From Eubacteriales bacterium (GTDB taxonomy: Bacteria; Bacillota; Clostridia; Acetivibrionales; STF1-152): a DNA stretch of 28,515 bases. Shown here in pieces: positions 16,388 through 27,236 of this stretch. Within the stretch, counting starts at the first letter, position 1; every line of letters starts with the position of its first letter. A program made the translations under genes and the position numbers. Location of the stretch: positions 1 to 28,515 of the forward strand of contig JAQVNH010000001.1 of the NCBI GenBank assembly GCA_028703215.1, in the 5' to 3' direction. The notes under the pieces are model-generated. The model searched no databases. It saw nothing but the letters and a program-made list of their open reading frames with translations, and had not been told where the DNA came from.

Positions 16388-17037
16388 AGATCTGCCTCTC
16401 CCTTGTGAACTCCCGTGATGGAATATTCGACCCATTCGGCGATATTTGTCGCATGATCGCCGATACGTTCGAAATATTTGGCTATCAGCAGCATATCTAT
16501 GGCATATTCGCTTTTTTTCTTATCAACCGTGCAGGTATGTACAAGCTCCTTTTTTACTTCGTCAAATAAATTGTCCACTATGTCGTCATATGCTATTACT
16601 TCTCGTGCCAGTTCAAGGTCTTGTTTTACAAAAGCGTCAACACTGTCTGTCACCATCTTGATCGTTGCTTCGGCCATTTCATCTATGTGTGTGGTATTGT
16701 CTGAAGATGTGATGTTTTCAAGCATGACTATCTCTGCTATGTCTGCTGCCTGATCTCCTATCCTCTCCATATCCGTTATCATTTTGAGCGCGGAGGAAAT
16801 TTGTCTTAAATCTTTAGCTACCGGCTGCTGCTGAAGCAGCAATCTGAGACATAAATTTTCGATCGTTTTTTCTTTTCTGTCAATATCCATATCGATGTTG
16901 ATAGCCATTTTAGCAGGTTTGAAGTCGCCTTCCGTCAGTGCCTTGATAGAGTTTGATATTGCCGCTTCGCAAAGGGACCCCATTTTTATGAGCTCGGTAT
17001 TCAGCTTCTCAAGCTGTTCATCAAACTTGCTTCTCAT
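16384..17037 (-). CDS. phoU: Phosphate signalling complex protein PhoU
   Basis: Repeated motifs QQPVAKDLR..DMERIGDQAADIA and YFERIGDHATNIAEWV. ATG 17037 is 8 nt from GGAGG; GTG 17040 is an alternative start. Confidence 0.93.
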   Translation of the reverse strand: MRSKFDEQLEKLNTELIKMGSLCEAAISNSIKALTEGDFKPAKMAINIDMDIDRKEKTIENLCLRLLLQQQPVAKDLRQISSALKMITDMERIGDQAADIAEIVMLENITSSDNTTHIDEMAEATIKMVTDSVDAFVKQDLELAREVIAYDDIVDNLFDEVKKELVHTCTVDKKKSEYAIDMLLIAKYFERIGDHATNIAEWVEYSITGVHKGEADL

Positions 17038-17786
17038 CACCCGAACCTCCCAGTAATATAATCCTCGGTACGTTTGTCTTCCGGCATGGAAAAGAGTTTT
17101 TCTGTAAGTCCGTATTCAATAATTTCACCGATCAGGAAGAAAGCGGTATTGTCTGAGATCCGCGCAGCCTGCTGCATGTTGTGAGTTACTATGATAATAG
17201 TATAATCTTTCTTCAAATCAACGACAAGGTCTTCGATTTTTGATGTGGAAATAGGGTCCAGCGCTGATGTCGGCTCATCCATGAGCAATACCTCCGGTTG
17301 AACGGCAAGCGCGCGCGCTATGCAAAGCCTTTGCTGCTGACCTCCGGAAAGGCTCAGAGCGCTTTTTTTAAGGCGGTCCTTTACCTCATCCCATATGGCG
17401 GCATCCCGGAGCGACTTTTCAACTGTCTCGTCAAGTTTCATTTTGCTGTGAACGCCGTGTGTGCGAGGACCGAATGCAATATTATCATAAATACTCATCG
17501 GAAAAGGATTGGGCTTTTGAAAGACCATTCCGACGCGTTTTCTGAGAATATTAACATCCATGTCTCCGTAAATATCCTCGCCATCCAGGAGCACCTTTCC
17601 AGTGATCCGGCATCCCTCAATCAAATCATTCATACGGTTCAATGTTTTAAGCATAGTCGTTTTACCGCAGCCGGAAGGTCCTATAAAGGAAGTTATTTCA
17701 TGAGGGTTGATTCCAATGCCGACTTTTTTCAACGCCTGAACATCTCCGTAATAAAGATCAAGATTTTCTACCGTGAATTTATTCAT
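17037..17786 (-). CDS. pstB: Phosphate ABC transporter ATP-binding protein
   Basis: [53 protein letters not shown]-terminal YITGRFG. GTG 17789 is an alternative start. Confidence 0.95.
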   Translation of the reverse strand: MNKFTVENLDLYYGDVQALKKVGIGINPHEITSFIGPSGCGKTTMLKTLNRMNDLIEGCRITGKVLLDGEDIYGDMDVNILRKRVGMVFQKPNPFPMSIYDNIAFGPRTHGVHSKMKLDETVEKSLRDAAIWDEVKDRLKKSALSLSGGQQQRLCIARALAVQPEVLLMDEPTSALDPISTSKIEDLVVDLKKDYTIIIVTHNMQQAARISDNTAFFLIGEIIEYGLTEKLFSMPEDKRTEDYITGRFG

Positions 17787-18666
17787 CACTTTGCCCTTTC
17801 CCGATTTTCTTTGCCAGAAATCCCGACAACCAGTTTATTCCGACAACCAGTATGAGGAGCACGACTGCTGTGGCATATGTCTTGTCTATAAAAAGACCTT
17901 CGCTTGACAATACATACATATGCACAGCCAACGATCGCGTTGAGTCTAACAGAAAATCCGCCCCGCCGGGCGTCTCTGCAACAGTTCCGGCAGTGTATAT
18001 AAGAGCCGCTGATTCACCCACGATCCTTCCTATCCCAAGCACAACACCTGCAAGAATCCCGGGCATTGCAGGAGGCAGAACGATTCGAAAAACAGTTCTA
18101 AGCCTGCCTGCTCCCAATCCGAAGCTGCCTTCGCGATATGCGATAGGAACAGATTTCAGCGCTTCTTCTGAAGTGCGTATTATCAGCGGCAGTATCATTA
18201 TTGAAAGTGTCAAAACTCCTGCAATAAGCGACATCCCTAGTTTGAGCGCCGTGACAAAAAACAAAAGCCCAAACAGTCCGAACACGATCGAAGGGATCCC
18301 GGAAAGTGTTTCCGTCGTCAATCTGATGGCTTCAACAAACTTGCTGCCTTTTTTCGAATACTCGACCAGATATATAGCGGAGAATATCCCGAGAGGAGCA
18401 GCGATAAAAAGAGAAATGATCGTTATCAGAACTGTGTTCAAAAGCGCGGGCAGAAGCGAAACATTTTCCGAGCTGTATTTCCATGCAAAAAGATCCGCAG
18501 ACAAATGAGGAACTCCTTTGAACAGTATATATCCTACAAGCAGAAGTAAAACCCCCGCCGTTATGCATGCCGCAGCAACTACAAGCAGGAACAGCATGAA
18601 CGAAATCGGATTTTTTTTGTAGGATCTCATCCTTTGTCGGAATGTCAGCTTGTTTATCTGTCCCAT
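17779..18666 (-). CDS. pstA: Phosphate ABC transporter permease
   Basis: [47 protein letters not shown]; 1-bp overlap with pstC. Confidence 0.93.
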   Translation of the reverse strand: MGQINKLTFRQRMRSYKKNPISFMLFLLVVAAACITAGVLLLLVGYILFKGVPHLSADLFAWKYSSENVSLLPALLNTVLITIISLFIAAPLGIFSAIYLVEYSKKGSKFVEAIRLTTETLSGIPSIVFGLFGLLFFVTALKLGMSLIAGVLTLSIMILPLIIRTSEEALKSVPIAYREGSFGLGAGRLRTVFRIVLPPAMPGILAGVVLGIGRIVGESAALIYTAGTVAETPGGADFLLDSTRSLAVHMYVLSSEGLFIDKTYATAVVLLILVVGINWLSGFLAKKIGKGQSDE

Positions 18667-19514
18667 TATGTTCTCCTCCTTTTCAGGATAGAAAACAGGA
18701 TATTGATTATAAGAATAAACACAAACAGCACTACCGCAGTCGCTATCAGCGCTTCTCTGTGGAGTCCCGCGGCATAGCCCATTTCTATGACGATATTTGC
18801 GGTAAGCGTCCTTAAACCTTTAAGTATGCCGGCGGGTATTCGGGGCTGGTTTCCGGCTACCATGATGACAGCCATCGTTTCCCCTATCGCCCTTCCGATC
18901 CCAAGAATCACTCCGGCCATTATGCCGGATCTTGCTGCGGGGAGTGTCGTGAAAAAGACGCTCCTTTCATGGCTTGCCCCAAGCGCAAGCCCTCCTTCGT
19001 AATAACTGTCCGGAACCGCTCTGATTGCTGCTTCACTTATTCCGATGATTGTCGGCAGTATCATTATCCCAAGCAGTATGGACGCAGTGAGCATGCTGCT
19101 CCCGTCGCCTCCGAAATTTTCCCTTATAAAGGGCACTATTACAACAAGCCCGAAGAAGCCGTAGACTACAGAAGGTATACCGGCAAGCAGTTCAATCGCC
19201 GGTTTCAGAAACTTATACAGCTTTTTCGGACAAAATTTTGCCATAAAGACAGCAGTAAGGACTCCTATCGAAACGCCAATAATCACTGCGCCCGCAGTAA
19301 CGTAGATACTGCCGAGAATCATCGGCAATATTCCGTATATATCGTTTGAAGGTTTCCAGGTTTTTCCCAGCAGAAAATCAAAAACTCCGATTTTGCCTAT
19401 CGCAGGCACTCCGTTTGCAAAAAGAAAAAAGCAAATCAGGGCAACAGCCAGTATTGATACGCTTGCCGCCCCGAGGAATATTCCTTTCATTATCTGTTCT
19501 TTTCGTTTTATCAT
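18666..19514 (-). CDS. pstC: Phosphate ABC transporter permease
   Basis: LLAGIPSVVYGFFG, YYEGGLALGAS, GRAIGETMAVIMVAGN, TLTANI. Confidence 0.93.
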   Translation of the reverse strand: MIKRKEQIMKGIFLGAASVSILAVALICFFLFANGVPAIGKIGVFDFLLGKTWKPSNDIYGILPMILGSIYVTAGAVIIGVSIGVLTAVFMAKFCPKKLYKFLKPAIELLAGIPSVVYGFFGLVVIVPFIRENFGGDGSSMLTASILLGIMILPTIIGISEAAIRAVPDSYYEGGLALGASHERSVFFTTLPAARSGIMAGVILGIGRAIGETMAVIMVAGNQPRIPAGILKGLRTLTANIVIEMGYAAGLHREALIATAVVLFVFILIINILFSILKRRRT

Positions 19515-19552
19515 ATTTTCAATTCCCTTTTAGGATATGACCAAACGGATCA

Positions 19553-20428
19553 TCAGTCCGCAAGCTGCGACCACAGCGTCGTTTCACCTATAAATATCGC
19601 TTTGACCTGTTCTCTCGTCAAGCCGTTCATAATATTATTATTGTTGACTATCACCGCGATCCCGTCAATAGCTATAACTATTGATGTCAGACCTTTTTCG
19701 GTTTCGCTATCTTTAAGGTCTCTTGAGGCCATGCCTATGTCGCATATGCCCTCGATCACGGAATTGATCCCCGTCGTTGAATCGCTCTGCTGGACTTCGA
19801 CCGAGGCATTCTTATTGATTTCCAGATATGCTTCTTTGAGCTTTTCCATAATGGGGCTTACAGACGAAGAACCTGCTACAACTACTTTTCCGGCAGGTTT
19901 CGCACTAGTGTAGGCTGCCGCGTCCGATACTTCGATATATCCGCTTTTGCCCACAACCTCCTGTCCGTCAGCACTTAAAATGAAATCTATGAAATCCTTA
20001 GCAACGTCGCTTATATCGCCTTTTATCGCAATATTAAACGGACGCGACACTTTATATGCTCCTGCTTTGATATTTTCGACAGTTGCAGCTACGCCATCTA
20101 TCTCGAGAGCTTTTACGGTTTCATTCATCGAGCCGAGAGAAATATATCCTATTGCATACATGTTTCCCGCCACCGATGTCATAACAACAGATGTGCTTCC
20201 CGAGATGCTTGCCTCTAGTGTTGTAAAGTCTTCCTTTTTTCCTTCCGCGTTCTTTTGTTCTACCCCGAACAGTTCTATGAATGCCCCCCTCGTTCCGGAA
20301 CCTTCTTCACGCGATATTACGGTTATTTCTTTGTTAATATTAAACTCTGCCGTCTTGTTTGAGCACCCTGCCGCGGCAAAAGCTATTATAGCCGCTAAAA
20401 TAATACCTCTCCATTTCATCCTTCTCAT
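19553..20428 (-). CDS. pstS: Phosphate-binding lipoprotein, circularly permuted domain order, 291 aa
   Basis: Signal peptide with lipobox AAGC (Cys22); contains SREEGSGTR, AIGYISL, GSSSV and DIGMASR. Start at ATG 20428, 7 nt from AGGAG. Confidence 0.88.
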   Translation of the reverse strand: MRRMKWRGIILAAIIAFAAAGCSNKTAEFNINKEITVISREEGSGTRGAFIELFGVEQKNAEGKKEDFTTLEASISGSTSVVMTSVAGNMYAIGYISLGSMNETVKALEIDGVAATVENIKAGAYKVSRPFNIAIKGDISDVAKDFIDFILSADGQEVVGKSGYIEVSDAAAYTSAKPAGKVVVAGSSSVSPIMEKLKEAYLEINKNASVEVQQSDSTTGINSVIEGICDIGMASRDLKDSETEKGLTSIVIAIDGIAVIVNNNNIMNGLTREQVKAIFIGETTLWSQLAD

Positions 20429-20473
20429 TATTTTTCTCCTTTTTCCTCTTGTATTATCTATTTTCACAACACT

Positions 20474-20528
20474 ATTTTACACAAGCAATGTTAAGACTCA
20501 ATGCGAGTTTATGTTAACTTTATGTAAA
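20474..20528 (-). promoter_or_regulatory. Pho box array plus -10 element upstream of pstS
   Basis: Minus strand TTTACA (20528-20523), TTAACA (20517-20512), a degenerate middle unit, TTAACA (20494-20489), then TAAAAT (20479-20474). This matches the Firmicutes PhoP TT(A/T/C)ACA repeat with about 11-bp periodicity in place of a -35. Confidence 0.75.
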
Positions 20529-20636
20529 GTCGGGATTTTTGCCTCGTAAGTTCGTGAGCGACCTATAAGCTTGCAGCAACAGTGTTTCCCGCTGGATTTC
20601 GAGAAATACTGGCTTATTTGATATTTTCTATTATTT

Positions 20637-21551
20637 TTATTTATCTTTGCTTGCTATTTCAAGATTGCGTTTCAGCACTCCCAAGCCTCTCCATGCAAAG
20701 GTCCTGTCTCCGTACCTTTTTTTGAATTCCCAGGAACTCATTTTCCCAAGCTCGCTTTCATCGATGCCGCTGATCAGATTTTCTTTGAATTCTCCGATCG
20801 GCGTATCAGGCAGCCCTGAGTTTAAAGGACACACTTCCTGGCATATGTCGCAGCCGTAGACCATGCCTTGCACGCTCATCAATTTTGTTTCTTGTTCGGA
20901 AAGCTCGCCTTTTTTTTGAGTTATGTAAGAAAGGCATCGCTTCGGATCCATTCCGTAATTTTCACTTATGGCCTTCCCCGGGCAGCTGCGTATGCATTGT
21001 CCGCATTGAAGGCATTTTTTGTTATTCGGAGCATCGGGGGTAAACGGGTAATTGTTGATCATATATCCGATAAAAACATAAGAACCGTATTTGTCGTTTA
21101 TGAGATTGCTGCTCAGACCTCTGTAGCCGAGGCCTGCCCTTTGCGCAAGATATCTGTCCGCAAGAGGCCCTGTATCGGTATAAGAAGAGTATCTGAAATC
21201 GGGGATTTCCTTTTTCAGATCTTCCCCGATTTTATTGAGTTTTTCAATGATTATTTTATGATAATCCGGGACTCTTGAGTGAATAGAGATATTTCCAACT
21301 GCGCGATCCGCAGCCTTCGAGTAATACGGAAACAAGCATACGGCGACAGACCCGGCTTCACTCATTGTTTCTTTCGGGTCGGTTCTTTTTATTATGTCTT
21401 TTTCCTCTAACCCCGTGAATTTGCCTTCGGCGATTCTTTGTTCGAGATATATTTTAAGGTCTGTGTATGGACCGGGTGAAACCACTCCTACATACTCTAT
21501 CCCGTGCTTTTTACATATATCGGTCAACAGGATCCTATAGTCGTTTTTCAT
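20637..21551 (-). CDS. queG: tRNA epoxyqueuosine(34) reductase, short clostridial type, 304 aa
   Basis: DYHKII, YTDTGPLADRYLAQRAGLG, YGSYVFIG, Fe-S motifs CLQCGQCIRSCP, CLSYITQ and YGCDICQEVCP. ATG 21551 overlaps the SGNH gene stop; the track's upstream extension is the shadow of that gene. Confidence 0.88.
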   Translation of the reverse strand: MKNDYRILLTDICKKHGIEYVGVVSPGPYTDLKIYLEQRIAEGKFTGLEEKDIIKRTDPKETMSEAGSVAVCLFPYYSKAADRAVGNISIHSRVPDYHKIIIEKLNKIGEDLKKEIPDFRYSSYTDTGPLADRYLAQRAGLGYRGLSSNLINDKYGSYVFIGYMINNYPFTPDAPNNKKCLQCGQCIRSCPGKAISENYGMDPKRCLSYITQKKGELSEQETKLMSVQGMVYGCDICQEVCPLNSGLPDTPIGEFKENLISGIDESELGKMSSWEFKKRYGDRTFAWRGLGVLKRNLEIASKDK

Positions 21552-22177
21552 ATCCCCGCCACAGTTTTCAGCCATGATTGAGCTATAAGCGCATGACCGC
21601 ATTGAGTAGGATGGACTCCGTCCGAAAGCCAAAATGCCGGCTCTCTCTTTGCAGCCGCGCGCATAAATATTTTGTCCAAAGGAACATGAAGTGTATGAAA
21701 TTCTCGCGACAGCTCCCTTACGACACGTATCTTGGGATCGAGATCTGCTCTCCAGAAAAGCTTCTGTTCTTCCGTCACAGGCAGCATAAAGGGTTCGCAA
21801 AGTATGACCCTGGCATTCAGACCTTCTTTTATTTGCGTCAGAAGACTGCGATAATCATCCCTGAAATTTTCGGCTGTGGTGGCGTCATTGCATTGAAAAT
21901 GTCTCCATGTATCGTTTATTCCGATCATTATGGAAACCAGATCCGGCTTCAGATCGATACAGTCTCCTTTCCACCTGGCTTTAAGACCCTTAACTGTGTC
22001 TCCGCTCAAACCACGGTTTATGAATCCGACATTCATTTCCGGAAATTTTGCGCCGAACCATGACGAAGCCAGCATGGCATAACCGCGTCCGATGTCGGCA
22101 TCATTCTGCCTGGACCTGCCGCAGTCTGTTATGCTGTCTCCTTGAAAAATAACCACAGCATCGTTTTGGATGTACAC
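21548..22177 (-). CDS. SGNH/GDSL-family hydrolase (esterase)
   Basis: Block I FQGDSIT, block II NRGLSG, block III GINDT, block V DGVHP; AGGAGG RBS before GTG. Confidence 0.88.
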   Translation of the reverse strand: MYIQNDAVVIFQGDSITDCGRSRQNDADIGRGYAMLASSWFGAKFPEMNVGFINRGLSGDTVKGLKARWKGDCIDLKPDLVSIMIGINDTWRHFQCNDATTAENFRDDYRSLLTQIKEGLNARVILCEPFMLPVTEEQKLFWRADLDPKIRVVRELSREFHTLHVPLDKIFMRAAAKREPAFWLSDGVHPTQCGHALIAQSWLKTVAGI

Positions 22178-22233
22178 AGATTTTGTCCTCCTGACGAGGC
22201 AATTTTTGCCGGCTTCATTAACTGTTAAGTTTT

Positions 22234-22500
22234 TTAGCTGTTCTTTGAACCAATCTGTCTGATTTCAAACCTGTCAAAACCCACTTTTTCAATGAACTGC
22301 TCTTCAAAAAAGAAAGTCCGCCTGAATCGCACGAACTCTCTTGTGTTTTTTGGAAGCCATGGCGGAACAGGAATGTCCATTTGCATGCAAACTGATATGA
22401 GGCATTGCTCCAGTCTGTCGGTGTAAGAAAGCTCAGGGTCTTCATTTTCAGCCGAAGCTTCATTTATTGTGTGCGTCCCTTTTATCAGTTTACCCGTCAA
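22234..22500 (-). CDS. Small hypothetical protein resembling a conserved clostridial family (D(I/L)PxPxWLxxN..F...TxF..EQFIE.V.FD..EI)
   Basis: In-operon position 23 bp after the cimA stop; GGGAG RBS at 22520-22516. The start is uncertain (TTG 22500 or CTG 22506). Confidence 0.65.
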   Translation of the reverse strand: MTGKLIKGTHTINEASAENEDPELSYTDRLEQCLISVCMQMDIPVPPWLPKNTREFVRFRRTFFFEEQFIEKVGFDRFEIRQIGSKNS

Positions 22501-22523
22501 TTTCAGCGCAAAACACTCCCGTC

Positions 22524-24089
22524 TTATATTCCGTCCTTCATCAGCTTATATTCGATAGAATCCACTAAAGCCTGCCAGCTTGCGTGAATTATGTCCGTGG
22601 AAACCCCTATGGTCGTCCAGGAATTCTTTCCGTCCGTCGATTCTATATGTACTCGAACCTTTGCCGCGGTAGCTGACGTGGAATCAAGCACCCTGACCTT
22701 GTAGTCCTTTAATTTCATTTCCTTGATCTGCGGAAAAAATCTTTCGAGCGCTTTTCTGAGCGCCCGGTCAAGGGCATTCACCGGACCGTCTCCTTCAGCG
22801 GCTGTTATCTCTGATTGTTCTCCGACTTTGATTTTTATCATTGCGACCGAACTTAGATTTTCGACGGCGGGTTCATCGACTATGACTTTAAATTCCTGAA
22901 GCTCGAATACAGGCTTGTATTTCCCCAGCAACTTTTGTATTTCAAGCTCAAACGATATTTCCGCGCCTTCATACTGGAATCCTTCATGTTCCAGCTCCTT
23001 TAATCTGTTCAGGACCATCCTGGCCTCAGGGGAACCCTTGATCACCGTGGGATCTATCTCTCTGATTTTTTCCAGTATCGTGCTTCTTCCTGCAACCTCC
23101 GACAGGAGTATATCGCGTGCATTTCCGACTTCCTCGGGCGAAACGTGTTCAAATGAAACGGGGTTTTTGCGGACTGCGTCTATATGCATCCCGCCCTTGT
23201 GCGCGAATGCGTTTGCGCCGACATACGGAGCCCTTTCATCATGCACCACGTTCGCGATTTCGCTGACATACCTGGCTGTTGCTGTGATGTTCTTGATCCT
23301 CTCATGCGGTATGCACTTGATGCCGAGTTTAAGCTGAAGGTTCGGAATTATAGTACTGAGGTTTGCATTCCCGCATCTTTCGCCGATGCCCGTAAAGGTT
23401 CCCTGAACCTGCTTAGCTCCTGCCGTTACCGCCATGATGGTATTTGCGACCGCCATGCCTGAATCGTTGTGGCAATGGATCCCGATCGGGACTTTAAACA
23501 CTTTTACAACCTTCCTGGTTACCTCCTGGACCTGTTTCGGAAACGCTCCGCCATTCGTATCACACAGGCAAAGCGTGTCCGCACCTGCATCAAAGGCTGT
23601 TTTTAATGTTTGCATAGCATATTCCGGATTGGCGCTGTATCCGTCAAAAAAATGTTCGGCATCAAATACAACTTCCCGACCCCGTTCTTTGAAAAAGGCT
23701 ATTGTGTCCCTGATCATCCTGAGATTTTCTTCAAGCGTTGTCTTTAGAACATCCGTTACATGAAAATCCCAGGTTTTCCCAAATATTGCCACAGCCTTCG
23801 TGCCGGCATTCAAAAGAGAAATGATATTCTCGTCATCCTCTGCTTTTATGTTCATTCTCCGGGTGGCTCCGAATGCAATTATTCTGGCGTTGGGCAGTTT
23901 GAGCTCCTTGATCCGTTCAAAAAATTCCAGATCCTTTGGATTTGATCCCGGATTGCCTGCTTCAATGTACCATATTCCAATAGCATCAAGCGCCTTTACA
24001 AGTTTTATTTTGTCCTCCACGGTAAATGAGATGCCTTTTGCCTGGGCGCCGTCTCTAAGCGTGGAATCAAAGATAACAACTTTACGCAT
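22524..24089 (-). CDS. cimA: Citramalate synthase
   Basis: DSTLRDGAQAKGISF, IEAGNPGSNPKD, FGKTWDFHV, FDAEHFFDGY, HCHND, GERCGN, FAHKGGMH: the CimA branch of the DRE-TIM family, distinct from the adjacent LeuA. Confidence 0.88.
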   Translation of the reverse strand: MRKVVIFDSTLRDGAQAKGISFTVEDKIKLVKALDAIGIWYIEAGNPGSNPKDLEFFERIKELKLPNARIIAFGATRRMNIKAEDDENIISLLNAGTKAVAIFGKTWDFHVTDVLKTTLEENLRMIRDTIAFFKERGREVVFDAEHFFDGYSANPEYAMQTLKTAFDAGADTLCLCDTNGGAFPKQVQEVTRKVVKVFKVPIGIHCHNDSGMAVANTIMAVTAGAKQVQGTFTGIGERCGNANLSTIIPNLQLKLGIKCIPHERIKNITATARYVSEIANVVHDERAPYVGANAFAHKGGMHIDAVRKNPVSFEHVSPEEVGNARDILLSEVAGRSTILEKIREIDPTVIKGSPEARMVLNRLKELEHEGFQYEGAEISFELEIQKLLGKYKPVFELQEFKVIVDEPAVENLSSVAMIKIKVGEQSEITAAEGDGPVNALDRALRKALERFFPQIKEMKLKDYKVRVLDSTSATAAKVRVHIESTDGKNSWTTIGVSTDIIHASWQALVDSIEYKLMKDGI

Positions 24090-25617
24090 TTTTCACCTCT
24101 TCAGCGGCTTTCCCGCTCACGATCCTGTTGATCGCGTTAAGATAAGCTATTACGCTCGCTTCGATTATATCCGTGCTGACTCCCTTGCCTGTAAATATCT
24201 CGCCATTTTCGGACACTCGCACCGTAACTTCTCCAAGCGCGTCTTTCCCTTCAGTGACCGCCCGCAGAGCATAGTCTTCAAGCTTGAGTTTTATTCCGAC
24301 GATCCGCTCCATTGAATTGAATGCGGCATCGACTGGTCCGTGTCCGGTAGCGGCCTCTGTAATGGTTAATCCATCTCTTTTCAGGCTTATTGTCGCCGTT
24401 GCGACAACTTTATTGCCGCTGCTGATCTGAAAGCTTTCAAGCTTGAATATCTCGGGTACTTCCGAGACCTTTTCTTCAATCAGCGCTTCTATATCTCTGT
24501 CAAGAACGATTTTTTTCTTGTCCGCCAGATCCTTGAACTTTTCAAAAGCTTTTTGGACATGCTCGTCCGAAATAGATGTGTAGCCCATTTCCCTGAGTCT
24601 CTCCTTGAAAGCATGGCTTCCCGAATGTTTGCCCAGAACCATCCTGTTTTGCATAAGGCCTATCGATTCAGGCGTCATTATTTCATAGGTGCTTTTTTCG
24701 GAAAGCATCCCGTGCTGATGTATTCCGGATTCATGGGCGAAAGCGTTAGCTCCGACTATCGCCTTATTCGGCTGAACATTAATTCCCGTGAGACTGCTCA
24801 CCAGTTTGCTCGTTCTGTATATCTGGCTCGTGTTTATACCGTGGCGGTAATCAAAATAGTCCTTCCTCGTACTGATCGCCATGATGACTTCTTCAAGCGA
24901 GGCATTCCCCGCTCTTTCACCGAGGCCGTTGACTGTGCATTCTACCTGGACAGCGCCATTTTCTATGGCTTCAAGCGTATTTGCGACGGCAAGTCCCAGG
25001 TCGTTGTGGCAATGAACGCTTATATCAACCTTGTCTATTCCGGCTACATTGGCCTTGATTCCCTTTATGATATTCCCAAATTCAGCCGGCATCGTATATC
25101 CTACTGTGTCAGGTATATTGACGACCGTCGCGCCGGAATTTATTACTGCCTCCAATACTTTGTACAAAAATTCCGGTTTTGTCCTGCCGGCGTCCTCAGG
25201 AGAAAACTCAATATCCTCGCAATATTTTTTGGCATATGCAACCATTTCCGAAGCTTTCCTCAGGACTTCTTCCTCAGTCATCTTGAGTTTATACTTCATA
25301 TGTATCTCCGAAGTTGCTATAAATGTATGTATGACCGGCATTTTGGCGTCCTTTATAGATTCCCACGCGCGATCGATATCTTTTTCAAGAGTCCGGGCCA
25401 ATGCGGCGATTTTTACATTTCTCGTCATCCGGGCGATCTCCCTGACTGCTTCAAAATCCCCGTTGGAAGAAATGGGAAATCCCGCTTCGATAGCATCTAC
25501 GCCAAGCCTCTCCAGCTGCAGGGCTATCTCTACCTTTTCCTGCAGATTAAGATTGACCCCCGGTGTTTGTTCGCCGTCTCTCAAAGTTGTATCGAATATT
25601 TTTATCTTGGTTGCCAT
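24082..25617 (-). CDS. leuA: 2-isopropylmalate synthase, 511 aa
   Basis: [61 protein letters not shown] and a C-terminal regulatory domain. Confidence 0.94.
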   Translation of the reverse strand: MATKIKIFDTTLRDGEQTPGVNLNLQEKVEIALQLERLGVDAIEAGFPISSNGDFEAVREIARMTRNVKIAALARTLEKDIDRAWESIKDAKMPVIHTFIATSEIHMKYKLKMTEEEVLRKASEMVAYAKKYCEDIEFSPEDAGRTKPEFLYKVLEAVINSGATVVNIPDTVGYTMPAEFGNIIKGIKANVAGIDKVDISVHCHNDLGLAVANTLEAIENGAVQVECTVNGLGERAGNASLEEVIMAISTRKDYFDYRHGINTSQIYRTSKLVSSLTGINVQPNKAIVGANAFAHESGIHQHGMLSEKSTYEIMTPESIGLMQNRMVLGKHSGSHAFKERLREMGYTSISDEHVQKAFEKFKDLADKKKIVLDRDIEALIEEKVSEVPEIFKLESFQISSGNKVVATATISLKRDGLTITEAATGHGPVDAAFNSMERIVGIKLKLEDYALRAVTEGKDALGEVTVRVSENGEIFTGKGVSTDIIEASVIAYLNAINRIVSGKAAEEVKNA

Positions 25618-25632
25618 AATCCCCATCCTTTT

Positions 25633-26652
<1,020 letters not shown>

Positions 26653-26665
26653 TTATTATATTTTA

Positions 26666-27163
26666 TTATTCCTTGATTATTTCTTTGTTGCCGCGCTCAA
26701 GCGCGATAGTTCCAGTGCGTACGATCTCTTTTATTCCAAACGGCCTTATCATGTCCTCCAGGGCTTCGATTTTTCCAAGTTCTCCGGATATCTCGATAGT
26801 CAGAGACGCCTCTGAGACATCAATGATCTTGCCCCTGAAGATCTCAACTATCTGGACTATTTCACTTCTCGTTGAAGAGTCTGCCTTGACTTTAATAAGC
26901 GCCAGCTCTCGGCTGACAGACTCGGAATCGTCAAGTTTCTTGATCATTTTGACATCAATGAGCTTCCCAAGCTGCTTTCTGACCTGCTCGACAATGTGGT
27001 CGTCTCCATTGACCACTATAGTCATCCTTGATATCTGGGGATCTTCGGTAACGCCTACCGCAAGACTATCGATATTGAATCCTCTCCTGCTGAACAGACC
27101 CGCTACCCTCGACAGGACTCCCGCGTGGTTTTCAACCAGTACCGATAACAAATGTTTTGCCAT
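26666..27163 (-). CDS. ilvN: Acetolactate synthase small (regulatory) subunit, 165 aa
   Basis: ACT domain VLVENHAGVLSRVAGLFSRRGFNIDSL, RELALIKV, EIVRTG; AGGAGG RBS before ATG 27163. Confidence 0.94.
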   Translation of the reverse strand: MAKHLLSVLVENHAGVLSRVAGLFSRRGFNIDSLAVGVTEDPQISRMTIVVNGDDHIVEQVRKQLGKLIDVKMIKKLDDSESVSRELALIKVKADSSTRSEIVQIVEIFRGKIIDVSEASLTIEISGELGKIEALEDMIRPFGIKEIVRTGTIALERGNKEIIKE

Positions 27164-27196
27164 TTCCGCCTCCTCCGGCATAATGCCTTATGCCTT

Positions 27197-27236
27197 AAAA
27201 AATACAAAACCCTCCGCCCGGTATAAGGACGAAGGG
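27197..27236 (-). terminator. T-box attenuator terminator
   Basis: CCCUUCGUCC / GGGCGGAGGG 10-bp stem (two G-U pairs) followed by UUUUGUAUUUUUU. Confidence 0.85.

Noticed and set aside
21552-21800. 83-aa N-terminal extension of queG in the ORF track
   Set aside because: It overlaps the SGNH gene in another frame; QueG similarity starts at ATG 21551 with an ATGA coupling overlap.
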